The translations under genes and the position numbers were made by a program. DNA of 58,459 bases, filler included, from Platydemus manokwari (lineage: Eukaryota): the NCBI GenBank assembly GCA_037951405.1. It is 5 parts of 5 records of this genome, joined end to end, with 100 filler letters (N's around TTAATTAATTAA, not from the genome) between each part and the next. Parts side by side here need not be neighbours in the genome. Positions count along the whole stretch, not along the records: positions 1 to 12,107 come from JBBMOY010298891.1; positions 12,208 to 26,707 come from JBBMOY011450309.1; 3 more parts are not named here. One strand, given 5' to 3'. The notes beneath the pieces were generated by a model that had not been told where the DNA came from, searched no databases, and saw nothing but the letters and a program-made list of their open reading frames with translations. This document shows positions 1 through 13,479 of the stretch, piece by piece (position 1 is the first letter of the stretch; every line of letters begins with the position of its first letter).

Positions 1-675
1 TGCTAAAATCGTTTATGTTAACTTTTAATTCTACAAAAATACTTTTTCAAACCACGATCAAATAAATTATTTTTTTAATACATTTTTTTCAGAATATTTT
101 TTGGGTCAATTTTAAATAATTTTATCCCTATTTAAATTTTAATTATTTATCGTATTTTCAAATAAACCTCACACTTATTATTGCCATTGATATTATAAAT
201 GCTTCCATTTAATTATCACTTGAAGTTTAAATAATGGATTTTTTATTTGGAATGATAGTTCGTATTAGACATCTTGAAACATGGGAAATACATTTTATTT
301 ATTATTTATATTGTTGAGATAATTTTGCGATTTTATTAATTTTTATCCTTTAATTATAAAATATGAAATTGAATAATCTTCATTTGTTTTAGTCTTACTT
401 AATTATTTGTTATTCCTTTTTATTTTCAAATAGAGTTTGACTTTTTCACATTTTTATTTTAATAATCTTCACTTTTATATTGGGTCACATAATAAAAACT
501 AATTGATTAAAAAGATTAAATACTTCATAAAAGAAAGTGTGAAATTTTTTTAATTCAATTTAATTTTCTGGTATATTATCCTCAGAATGTGACATTTCTT
601 TCTTCATTTTTTGATTTTCACTTGTCATACAGATTATATATAAATTAAAATTAATAATTATAAAAATAATATTAC

Positions 676-1388
676 CCCATACAGCTAATGTAATCATTAA
701 ACCCCAAATAATAATGGTGCGAAAATTATATGCAATATAAAAACTGATCATGGCAGAATAAAGAACGATGAAATATTGTTTTATCCATAATGGTGATGGG
801 AATAGAACCACATATATACCAAGACCAACTAAATTCCACAACATTAAACATAAACTAATGACATCGAGTGGGAAAACGGTAACAGTGCCTGGGGTTAGTA
901 GCCATCTAACATAATAATTAATTTTTCAAACATTCTCGAACTTACTGTAACCAGAACAATGCTGTGATTATTAAAATTAGAATATCAAATATAGTTGTCA
1001 AAACTAATTGTACCTATTTTTAAACTAAATTAATATGACATATGACTGATAGTCTAACCTTAATAAATTGCAATTCGACAAGTATAACAGATGCAATGTT
1101 CCACCCAACAAATGCTACGATAAAAGTTATGGCCTCCATAATTCCAAATTTTAGAATATGTACATGATCATAAGTTGGGGTAAATAATATATATAAAATG
1201 AATCCTAATACCGATGATAATATGACTGGTTTGATATTTCTAATTACAAAATCGAAGTACAATTCCATAACTTTTCTGAGAGTTAATACTGATTCACGGA
1301 GTAAGAAATCAGGGCGTTTGCTTGCCCTGCGTTCTCGTGTTCTAAAATGCTCAAGAAGAGCGGCATCAGCTGTTAGTCTTCTTAACAT
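676..1388 (-). CDS. Divergent presenilin-like (peptidase A22A) protein, TM1-TM6; exons 1388-1059, 1013-946, 905-676; 3' part not found in window
   Basis: Manual splicing gives ...LTLRKVMELYFDFVIRNIKPVIL...LFTPTYD...LVELQFIK|VQLVLTTIFDILILIITALFWLQ|WLLTPGTVTVFPLDVISLCLMLWNLVGLGIYVVLFPSPLWIKQYFIVLYSAMISFYIAYNFRTIIIWGLMITLAVW-G|. This matches presenilin motifs (LTLKY..HV..PV, IYTPF, YK|V, VDY...LIWNFG, GPLRLQQAYLIMISA, W.IL.VISVY-D). Introns 1058-1014 (45 nt, phase 0), 945-906 (40 nt, phase 2) and a donor at 675 (phase 1) match the vertebrate PSEN exon boundaries as recalled. Confidence 0.8.
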
Positions 1389-1661
1389 CGATTTTTTATC
1401 GAAATTTAAATTGATATTTCGATCGATGTAATTTTGTATATGATATTTGAAAAAAATTATAAAGTTTTATCAGTAAAATATAATTCATGTTATTCTCTAA
1501 GTTTATTAATTGATATTTTAGTTCATCTAAAAGTTATGAAACACATTTTAAATATCTTGTTTTGGTGATATTAAAATTAACTGAATACCGAGATTTAATA
1601 CAAACAGAAATGTCTAGAAATAAGTATTGTCTAATAATAGTCACTAAATAAATTAATATTG

Positions 1662-2278
1662 ATGGAATTCAGTGATGTAAGTGATAGTTTATTTGCTGTG
1701 ATGGTAGATAGATATATGGTAAGAAAAATAAATCGATATCAGGCTCGTTTCAGTCCCGAAGCGTAGGGTACGAGTAAAAATATTCGAGTTTATAGGTTAT
1801 ATCATATATAAATATATAACAATTAAACACAATAATTTTATTTAAAAGAATTGTACTCAATAATTAATGATACAAGATAATAAGAAGAAATTTTAATTTT
1901 TAGTGATTTTAAATTGTTCCCGCTGCGGTGCCCTGAAGATGACTGATAAACAATTTATTTGGAAACTAATACCACCAAATTCTGGTGAAAAAAGGTCTGT
2001 AGAAGGATGGAGTGTAAAAGAAGTCAAATGTTCTTCGAGAACTGTGATGTTGGGATTTCATGAATTAATAATCCCGTTTCGAGTATTATTTACATTAAAT
2101 ATGATTAAAAATAATAAATAAAATTTGCTCATTTCCAGATTTAATCGAGATCCTTTATATTGTAGTGTGTAAGTATTCTTTGCCAAAATTATTTGTGCAA
2201 TTTGGTCTGATTTGCTCTTTCTTTTATACTAGTTTTTTGTTTGTTTAATTCCTCTAGCAACGTTGCAAGTTATCATGG
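1662..2278 (+). CDS. Possible small multi-exon gene with a PH-like fold segment, loosely resembling the SSRP1/Pob3 N-terminal domain; exon structure uncertain
   Basis: Exon-like ORF 1904-~2074 follows a ttttag acceptor (ILNCSRCGALKMTDKQFIWKLIPPNSGEKRSVEGWSVKEVKCSSRTVMLGFHELIIP). Further candidates are ATG GAA TTC AGT GAT|gtaagt (MEFSD) near 1662, ttccag|...GT|gtaagt near 2140-2169 and ctctag|...G|gtaact near 2258-2277. Family similarity was judged by eye only. Confidence 0.3.
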
Positions 2279-2326
2279 TAACTTAGGAATTTCCATGACT
2301 TTTTATTTACTATTTTCTTATGTTTA

Positions 2327-2330
<4 letters not shown>

Positions 2331-2360
<30 letters not shown>
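2331..2360. repeat. (ATT)10 microsatellite
   Basis: Directly visible. Confidence 0.9.
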
Positions 2361-2364
<4 letters not shown>

Positions 2365-4389
2365 TTTTTATAATTGAGGTAACAATATATCATGCAAATT
2401 CTATTTCAAGTTCATTGTTTATTAATATCGATTTATTTCTTTTAATTTATTTATTTTTAAGCACAGGAATTGCATTGAGCTATCGTTAGGTTTTAAAACA
2501 TGTTTAATTGTATTATTATTTGAGTCGAATTTCATTGACTCTCAATTGAGCTATCATTATAGATTGATTCTACGGAATTCAATGTAATGTTGATTTTTTT
2601 AGGGTCTTCGGTTTATTTTTTGCTTTATTATTCCAATTATTATTGACACCTTTTTGACAATTTCTGAGTACTCTGGAGTTCTAATGACACGCAGTAATCA
2701 CGGAACTAATATTATGACGTTCTGTTGCCTCGATCAACTCTAATGGAGACGGAATGCGCGGCTAAAGACACTGCTTTATTGATTTTATAACTATTTATTA
2801 AACTTTCAATTCCTAATTGCACCAATTGTACCTTACCAAAACATAATGAATTGATACTGAAGGTGATAATTTTATTGAAAATGAGATGATACATTATGGC
2901 ACTTGCCAATTTCAATATCAGAATAATGTTCTGTCTTAAATACACTTTTATTAATATGACACTTAAATGCAATTATACACTTAATAACAAAATACTTTCA
3001 TACACTTAAAAGATAAGAAATTTAGCTACAACTTCTGGAATAGATAATGGTTAATAAACTCCCGAGAGGAGGAAAACCAGTTTGTTCAAGACCTTTGGGA
3101 TCAAACCCGATAAAAAGGAAGAATATATGGTTGTTGATTTTACAATTGTTGATAATTGTTGATGATTTTACAATTATTGAAAGCTTATTTAATCTTCCTA
3201 TGGTGTTAAGTCTTCCAGTACGGATACCAGGCATATTCAAATTCTGAGTCCCTTATGTAATTGATGTTTTCCTACTCCGCTGGATCGTACCATTGAAGTT
3301 GTGTAACTATACAATAATTGTGTTCGTAACATTTGCTGTCACTGTCTAATATAGGCAGCAGCAACTCATTGATAGATATTCTCTACGAATATTTATTTAA
3401 TGCAGTCCATCTATCTTTATTGCACTGGAATTTATTGTGGTAAAGAGAAATTCTGTGTAATTAATTCCACTATAGCATAAAGAAATTCTCTGCTATTAAA
3501 TGCATGGTTATTTATTTTATTTACTGTGCGCTATAATAGGTTTTAATTAATTTATTGGGCGATAATAATTATAATAATAATTATAAGTTGTGCTATTTTA
3601 ATAGATATTATAAACTGATTTAACAATATTATTTTGAATTTAATTTATATTATATTTCATTAATACCAACCACAAAATTTCTAGAAGTTGATATTAACAT
3701 ATTCAATATTATTTCATGCAAAATACTTTTATACACCGATACGCCGTGATCAGATCATTGTTATTTTACAAATTGTTATTCGTTCCAAACCCCAACATTA
3801 TTATGATTTCACTCCACGTGTTATTTCAAACTATTTCAATTCGATAGTAAAGAATTGAATGATTATCTCAATGATTATCACATGTTTGGTTAAAAATTGG
3901 TAACTCGTATTATTCTTCGAATTTTATTTTCATTATTATCAATATAACCTGTATGTGTTTTGCATGTTTTGTAATTATCAGTATAACTCATTAATTTATA
4001 TTATTATCTCACCTTATTTTTGCTCAATATTTTTGATGATATATTCAAAATTATAATTTTCACGGTTCGATGGGAATGAACTCTCATAACGATTAGCATG
4101 CTCAAATTTTTTAAATGAAATTTTTGTTCATGAAAAAAATTCATTAATTCAGTATGAAGGGCGCACTGTAATTAGTGTGATAACGCAGGCTCTTACAGAA
4201 TACAAATAACTAAGTGTGGGATTTCGCAAGAAAATTTATAATAGGACCATGGACTATATGTTAACCTAATTTATAAGACAAAATTATCACACAAGAAGAG
4301 TTTATTTTCAAAATAAATTATCAAAATAATAATTTATCTTCCAAATTAAAATTCATCAAAATTTCAATAATAGGAAAATCAGTTTTTTT

Positions 4390-7300
4390 TTAACTCTTTA
4401 TAGGTATTTTGTCTAAAATATTGAAAAAGAGTAATCGTGTTTGACCGACATGTATTGCTTTACAGATAAGATAAAAATTCTCAGTTGAATCATCTTCATT
4501 TTTATAATGACGGACTGTTAAGAAAACTGGTAAGCAGTGAACAAATATTCTATGTAAACATTGGTTGTGGACAATATTAGATAATAATATTTCCTTATCC
4601 GTACTTCCGCTACACAACAAATTCTGATTTGAAATCATAGCTAGACAACTAACCTAAATAATAATAATTTAATAATAAAATAATTAATAAGGTAGAATCA
4701 AAAATATTTTTTAATCATTGTACAACCCCGACAAATTCTTCAATTAGCTTCAAAATCAGTGTAAAAACTAAATCTTATTCGATAAAACCATGAAACATTA
4801 TTACAAGTTATTTTATACTATTTTTATAATAATTCTTTACTCTATTTAAAATCGAGATTCCAGTATAAATATTTAAATGTAAAACGATAAACGATTTTCA
4901 TTTAAAACGATAAATTAAATCGGGTTTTAATAAATCTTTAAAGATGGAACTGTGTCTAATAATGTGTGTATATCTGATATTCTGAATGAAATTTATCTGC
5001 CTTTAGAATCGACTAAAAATCATTTAATCCGTAAAAAATTACATAGAATAGACTTCATTAAACATGACATTAAAGTCATAAATATTAATCGATTATTTGA
5101 CAACAGTTAAAAAAACAAAATATATAATTTTGTCAATGTTTTATATAATCATACTTTCATTTGTTTAAATAAAAAGTAAAATACTGATGTTAATGATATT
5201 TATCAGTTAAATAATATTACATATTGGTTTACTATCTGAAATTATAATATAAAATAACCTTGCCTCCATGTCTGGCAGATAGAACGAATCGATAATTATA
5301 CATATTATCTGGTTCAGAACCATTTAAAGCTACCATTTCTGACCATTTCCAAATTATCATACAACCTGCAGCACAGCCCGAAATAACCTCTCTGCAACCA
5401 TTAGTAATCAACAAAGCTGTAATTGGATATTTTTTGTATTTGATTATGCCGATGCTTTTAGATGGTCGTGACTTCAATAATTTCTACAATAATGTATTAT
5501 TACTACTTTTACTTTGATTTTTTTAACACTAAATATTATTATTTTTTAATAGATAAATTATTAATTTTAGAGTAGTATTTATTTGTCTATTTTCTCACAT
5601 GAAACACAAAAAACCAACAACGATCAACCAAAATATGTTAAAATATTATTAATATTGGATAAATAATAATAGTACACTTATTCAAAATTCGCTTCTGTAT
5701 TATATTTTAAATTTTATATTCATTTACATATTCATTGACAAAACGTCCTTTAATCTGAAGTCTATCATGTGACGAGAAGAACCAGACGTTGGTACAATTT
5801 GTTATAATTCATAACGTACTTTATAAGCCAAATTCAGAATTTCCAAAGCTCATTCTTAGTAATTTATAACAAAGTAATTTATAACAAGAAGTTTATAATA
5901 ACAAAATTTGGTATGAAATTTTGGCCGTTTGTTATGAGATAGGATAAAAATTCTGATAATCTGAAGTATTGTCTGATTGTTAACAATGTTTCCATTTATA
6001 GAAGAATTTGAGCATAAATCCCAAGCAAAATACGTGTGTTTAGGTCTTTTTTTTAAACGATTCGTGGGGAAGGAATAAAATTTTACTTAATACTTGTCAA
6101 ACTCTTACAAAACTCTTCCCAAGATCATAACAATAAATACAAGCCACTCCAACATATTTTATGTCTCTGAAAAGGTTAATTAAGAAAAAAATAAAACTAA
6201 CTTCTCTAAAATTGATTTCAAAATATTCAATAAAATTAAATGAATGACAAGAGGTCAGAAATTTGCTTATATATTGACATAAAGAAATTAATCAAACACA
6301 ACATTATATCGGTGTATTTAAATATGAGCATAATTGTACATTAATGACCAATCAAAATCAACATAGATTGCAAATCACAATTACATATACAATAAACAAA
6401 AATCACTTATCTCAATAAACATAATAAAAATACCATGTGACGTTATGCGCCATCGACAAACTTAGTTTTGTCTTATTTTGCTTATGGACGATTTAGAATA
6501 TATTTGATATTGAAAAGGTTAGAGTAACAAAAAATTTACTTTAATTCATTTCTGATATTCAAAAAAATGGTTTGATTGATAAAATAAAAATATGTGACAA
6601 TGTATATAAAATCCTAACTGTCACATAATTAATTTAATTTTGGTTTCACACATATTACTTCAACTTGAAATAAAAGATCCATCGATAAAATTAATTCTGA
6701 TGATCAGCTTTTTATATAACCTGATCACTTATATTATATATATACTCTAGATTAACAGTTCTGAATTGATTATCGATTTATTTATTTCTTATAATTAAAA
6801 TTAAAATCAACCATAATTAAAGTAGCTACATTATTAATGTCATCTTATGATTCAATAATAATTTTAAAGGAAAACTAGATTCAGGCTGAGGATTATGGGT
6901 GACATTTTTTATATATTTTTAATACGAGTTTTAGTTGGTACATCCAAACTCACTGAAAAACAAAAATGCTTGAATTTTCTATTTCAATTTAAGTATGATA
7001 AATGTATATAATTATTTAAGTATTTTAACGATAAATCTGCAATTATATTTAAAATATTTATTTTAGCTATTTATTCTAAATATTACCAATTAACTAAATA
7101 GATATTACCGATTCACTTTCTCCATGACTTGAATTAATTATTGCTGAATGCCTGAACCAAGTTGGTATGTTGGGAATTTTCGGAATTCGACAAAATCCAG
7201 ATTCCATATCCCATACTAATATATTACCAAATCCTCCCAATAAAATGGTACTTTTGAGAAGCATATCACTAGGGAAATTGGTAGGAACATTTTGAGGAAT

Positions 7301-10300
7301 AGCATACGAAAATGCTGATTGATTATTGGTTCTGGACAAACTATTTCTGGATAAAAAATTATTCATAACCATTTAGAATGAAAACATTTTACTTCGAAGA
7401 CATTTTCTTGGCTTCCTCCTGATTGAAACAACCTATTAAACTAAGAGTTGTAGACGGATCTTGAAGATTCAAAGAAGTAAATTGAAATGAATTTCTATCT
7501 TGTAATATTTCTTTATCGGGAAGTGATTGGTTATATTTTGAACTTTTCCACTGAAGTAGAAGAAAATTTCGTTGACAATTTGTTATTGAAATTATTTTAA
7601 CGAGATGATTTTGAGGATGTACGTAATTAATTGGTGGAAGAAAACGTTTACTCCATCTGATATTTCCAAGAATTGGTAGATGATGGCAATCGAGACAAAA
7701 ATAACCTGTTGTCTTTTTAAAAGTCAACAAAAGAAGATTGATTGCGCTATCCAAACAATACCAATATTGCGGTTGAAAATGTTCATTCAGCTGCTCTTTT
7801 GTAAGAATTTCGAAAGATGCCAATAATTTACCATTGGATAAATTATACAAGCGAACACATCCAGTATAAAATATTAAAACGGCTTGATCTTGAAGAGCAA
7901 ACTCTATACTAAGAACTTGATGATTGAATAAATCCAAAGCATTCGATACTTGATAATCTATTTGCAATTGTTTGATTCTAAATTTGAAGCACAACCAACA
8001 GATAATAAATTCAAATAATATTCTGTTTTTTATTCCATATATTTTATAAAAAAGTATCTATTTAAAATTTTATTTTTTAAAATTCATAAAATTAATTATT
8101 ATTAAAAACTATTAAGGGAATACGATATAAATAACATCAAATTAAAAATATTTACCCTTTATCAGTTGAGAGCTCTTGAATGGATCCTATGTACATTGCT
8201 GAACCAAGTTCGTTTAAAATTGTGAACATATTACTTGATTCCGATAAGGCGAATGCTTTCATTTCTTCGAAAATAGTTTTCGAGAGATTATCATTCAATA
8301 AAGATCTATTGACAGATTTTGCCCAACATTTGACTGCTCTCTCCACATGAGAAAATGAAAAACATCTCACCGGAACATCGGCATTCTCACCAGTTTTAAT
8401 ACCACGGATAAAAAATATATAATCAGTTGAACCCTTGTGTGCTAACCATTTAGTAATTTGATCATTGGAAATATAATAAATCAATCCAGACTTTGTGCCA
8501 ACTACTAAACAATTAGTTTCAAAATTCAATGAAGCGAAGCTTATTAAAGAAATATTAATTTGATCCGGTACATGAATGATTGACATTTTGCCATCTCGAT
8601 CGATTTTATTTATAAAAGTGTATTTATCCACAATTCTAACAATGGTTACTATTTCTCCGTGAGATGTTATCGATCGCAATCTGAATTAATAAAAATTATT
8701 TTATTATTTATTTCAATATTATTAACATTTTATTATTCTTATATTATTAATCACATTATTCCGGGTTGGGAATCAAGAGCCGAGAAGCTTGAAAAATTGA
8801 AAATGCTAAACCACTTTGCATTAAAATGCTTTTTTAATTGAACTTATAATTTAAGTGATAAAAATATTCGATGATTAATAATGTAATTAAATATTTTTTT
8901 ATGTATATAAAAATGAATGAGACTATGCATGGGACTATCTATTCTGTGATTAGTGTTCAACACGTAAATTAAAATAACGAATACAAAATAATTTTTTAGT
9001 GAATCATTAATTGATATGAATAAAGAACAAGTGAAATTAACGAAGCATATTGTTGAATAAATAAAATCGAAAGTTGAGATTGAAAAGTTTACTGACTTCA
9101 AAAGTGCTAATCACCAATGGTAATCGAAAAACCAATTCTCTCAAATAGCATCAGCTTTTTTTAGCAAAGTAGTTTATTGTCATAAGTTTGCTTGTGATGC
9201 TTATGGTCGACTTTAATTCAAGATTGTGCTTTATTCCGATTTCAACTGTGTTTATTGATTTATCTCCTTACGTTTTGCTACGCAATCATATAATTTATCG
9301 AATTGAAAACTTCTTTATTCATTGATTCCGACTGGTCGGTTATATTATCTTCCAAAGTTTCAAGGGTTGTTATTTCCATGGTAATCTCGACAATATTTTA
9401 TAATTTCTATTTAGAAATTTCCTGGAAAACACTGGAAAATGACTATTTCAATGAGAACACCAAAGATTGATGAGATTTTGAAGAGAAAGATACTTGATGG
9501 TACAAAGCACTCCAGATTTTTCTGAAATTTCTGAGAAAAGTTATGAATCCAGTAAAGATTTTCAAATTCTATTGATGAATTTTAGATTTACAATCAATAA
9601 TTTCTAAATACACTAGAACTTGGTTAATATCACCTTGCTTAATATCGCCGAATAAAAAATCGATTCACCACTTTACTGTACACGAATAGAAATTTATTTA
9701 GTTTGATAGGATATCTATTTAAATACTTGTTTAATTTCTCGAAAACGATTCCAATGTTCTTTTTTTGAAAATTTCAATATCTCTTGCTTGATTGATGTTC
9801 TATTTTCTAGAATCCTATACTGCTTTAAACAATTTAGAAATAATTCCCATGATATCAAATATTTAGCTAAAATCACGAAATTGATTTAGCAGTTCCATAG
9901 ATTTTATGCGTATAAAGGCTGCTGATAAAGGAATTCATACAATACCTATACTATGCTGTTTTATAAAATATGTTCTAATCTTAATAGAATTACGAGTGAT
10001 ATATGTAAAAAGAATAATATAAATTAAAAAAAATCCCCTTTGCCTATAAAGAAATTTTTAAAATTAGGCTCAAGCAAAAAAATTTTTCAAAAAGAATCTT
10101 TCAAACTGGTCCTAATAAAACTTAAGTAATAAATGTGATCACATTCTCCCTTTTTATTCAAGGAAAAAGAAGATCTGTCGCTAAAAATATTATATTGTTC
10201 TGACAATTTCTTGAGGTGCAAAACATATAATATGATACGGTTAAATATTGAACAGTTCTATAAGTTCCATTAACCTGATTCAATTGGATAATATTAATTA

Positions 10301-11407
10301 TTTTTATTCTAACAAGCTGAATGTCTAACAAGTTTGATTTTCAAAAATAATCTCAGAATGACTAATAAGCGTCTTTTATTAATTTACGACTACTACTTAT
10401 TAATAATTACTTGTCTTTGTGATGTTTAATCCTTTGGATTTCAGTCAAATCTTGATATGATTTTTGATCTGAAATGTTACCAATATAATGACACGAGCCA
10501 TTTGGCAAAACAATTAAAATGGGATTATTGTTGACTGAAAAATTAGAATTGTCACCAGAATTCGGAAATGGCCACAGATATATAAAATCCGAATAATTAT
10601 TAGATAAGTTTTGTAATTCCATACTCCATAATTCGTTGGTTTGATAAAATTGCCAAATCTTGAAATGAAAGAGAGTGAATTAAAATCAAAAATTTTGCTA
10701 ATTCTATTAAAATTTTAAATAAAACAACACAGATTCAGAGGTGTAGCATCTGAATCACTTGAATAAATCTATGACAACTCATTTTAATCACTGACTGGAC
10801 ATAATACAGGAATATTTGGTACATAATATCGGTTTAACTATAATAATAATAAAAACGTTGAAATTCTATTTCATATATTTTCATTGAAGAGTACAATTTA
10901 AACTAGAAAGTTCGTTTAAAACAAAATATTTAAGTTTGTCTTAAATAGCAACTATGCATCAGAGATCTCCAAGCTATGGTCAATAGGCTAAAATGAGCTG
11001 GTATGGCAGATAAAAATATAAAATGCTGTTTAAAAAATATTTGTAATGAAACATTTTCAGCCAGCAAAACCGTCTTGATATTAGTTGCATAAATATCATT
11101 TTAGATAATTCATTAAATGAAAATAGATTTTAATAATATATTACAGCTCATTATTTCATTTTTTGCCATTGAACCAAAACCTTTCCATATCACAGTCATA
11201 GATAACAAACAAAAATCGTTTGCTTTTTAAGAAGATGGCAATATTTTATAGTGTTTACCTTTATTAGAAATGTTTTGTAATTTTTGGAATAATAGATATG
11301 TGCTGTCAGTAGTAGAGAACGGTTTTCTGAACGCAAAAAGCACATTGATAAAGTCTTGTCTACTTCTCGTATCGTGAAAACTGTTTTACATTTCATTGGA
11401 TATTTTT
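4390..11407 (-). CDS. Divergent WD40-repeat protein, 3' portion (~740 aa); exons 11407-11259, 10658-10411, 8680-8156, 7977 (or 8022)-7393, 7346-7109, 5483-5259, 4653-4390
   Basis: Seven ORF segments join through canonical GT-AG sites with consistent phases (e.g. TFLIK|IWQF, HKDK|LRSI, MSSK|NSLS, SES|KLLK, HGGK|VSCL) and end at TAA 4390. WD-like motifs include LVVGTKSGLIYY, WLAHKGST, ERAVKCW, LLGGFGNILVWDMESG, ITALLITNGCREVISGCAAGCMIIWKW and VSCLAMISNQNLLCSGSTDKEILL. Confidence 0.7.
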
Positions 11408-12107
11408 CTAAATAAATATAATATTGTTAAAAATGTCATCTATATACCCACTAACAAATGTCAGTCATAGAATTACTATAAAGAACCCAGAACAAGAACG
11501 CAAAACAGTTCAAATTGATAATCGACCTATTTGTATAATTATGAGCTTGACAAATTAAATCCCGACTTCTTAATTCTTATAAAATATTCATCTAATCTCA
11601 AACCTCAAAAATATTCACTATTATTGATTTTTTTTAGAACAAAAATCCCATGAATCATACACTGATAATGTCGGTTTGATGATAGCCCTTTCTCATAGAT
11701 TATTTCAGTTAGCCTATATGACCTATACTTTTCTAATCACCAACCAAAATATTTGATGCAAAAAAAAACATCAATACATTTGCAATATCATATAAAATAA
11801 TATTGAATAGATTTTACAGCAGTGTTTTGTTGGTAGTCTGTAAAATTACCATGTCTATGAATTTATATTTTTATAATACTCAGGAATTATGATCAAATAT
11901 TTTCAAATTGAGAGTTCAAAAACAAATTGAATTTAAAAAGGTCAAAATCGTTCCTTTTATAGCTTTTCATACTTATATCTCGACACTATTATTATCTAAT
12001 ATTGATATTGAAAGTGTCACAGGTGTTTACTTGAGCCCTTGATTATGAAAGTGGTATAAGTCATTTCAACCTTTCAAAACCAAATTTCCATTTAAAAATG
12101 GTAATAA

Positions 12108-12207
12108 NNNNNNNNNNNNNNNNNNNNNNNNNNNNNNNNNNNNNNNNNNNNTTAATTAATTAANNNNNNNNNNNNNNNNNNNNNNNNNNNNNNNNNNNNN
12201 NNNNNNN
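12108..12207. other. Artificial assembly spacer N44-TTAATTAATTAA-N44
   Basis: A 12-mer with stop codons in all six frames, embedded in N runs; total 100 bp. Confidence 0.97.
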
Positions 12208-13479
12208 TATGTTTAAATGATTTGGTAAAACAAAAACTTTAAACAACTAAAAAACATGAATAACTTTTGACTCAGCCTAATACAATAGGGAAAAAAGAAA
12301 ATAATAAATAAAAATCATTATTCAGAATCTGTCCTAAAATACTATATAAGGAGTTGCAAAATCACAAATTTTACTCTCAAAAACCGAACTATTACTAGTA
12401 GATCTTGAAAGGATTCAGTAAAGGCATAAAAGTTTAGACACTAGATAAAAAAAGATAAATTGAACTATCGACAAAGTGTGAATGAATTTTCGATAAAAGC
12501 AATAAATATTGTAAACTCTACAAGTCCACATTGTAAACTTTATAGTAATATAAAATCATATATCAACGCAAAGGAGGTTCGGTATCTGAGCCTTCTCTTG
12601 TTGGACAATATTTATTAATCTGTGCGTTGTGAAAAATCTGAAATATTGTTTGTTTGGACAATTTAAATGGATTTTATCATATTTGTAGTTGGTATTTTAC
12701 AAAAATTGGTATTTGTAAATTTGTTATTATAGAAAATAAATATTATCGTTATCATAATTGTGTTTATTTAGTATATTATTTGATTATAATTATAAGAGCA
12801 CGCACCTACTGTTTAGACATTACTCTTCAATAGGTAGTATTGAACTCACATATACACAAATACACATATTAAAAAAAGACTCTATAAACCCAACAGTGAT
12901 CATAATAATTGACAAATTTATTTGTTTTGATTCAACATTATTATGGATATTCGTTTAAAATTTTGTCTTATATTCAAATGTGTTCGATTGTGTTACATCC
13001 AATTCAACTAAACATTTGATCCAATGTTATTTGTTTATCTAATACTTTATTCTTAAATATCTTATTAATTGAATATTTTATGTAAAGAGGAGATGGAATT
13101 CGATTAAATAATAATGGTATTGAGACTAAAATTAAATAAAATAGTAATTATAATAATTAATAATAGTAATTAATTACCAGGAAAAAATATGAATCAAATA
13201 AAGCACTAATATACTAGTTTAATTTATAAAAAAAGGAGTGGTCACAACGCTGTCCAGAGTGAAAGAGTCTATGAATACTAAGATCATAATTAATCAAGAC
13301 ACACTAGTAGACATTGTCATTCGAAGCTAACAACTACAAGAATAGTATTTGTGATTCATGATCATCGTTTTGTAACTTAACTGATCGATTTGTCTGCAAT
13401 ATGTTGGATTGATTTTTTTAGAAAATTCTAAGGTTCAATTTGAGCAGAGAATAGGAATAATGGATAATAATAATTTATT

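Noticed and set aside
3022-3360. Overlapping short ORFs with slightly higher GC
   Set aside because: No consistent splice chain or family motif; probably degraded repeat.
12152-12163. TTAATTAATTAA palindrome repeated four times in the window, as a biological motif
   Set aside because: It is always centred in N runs of fixed length, so it is an assembly linker with stops in six frames.
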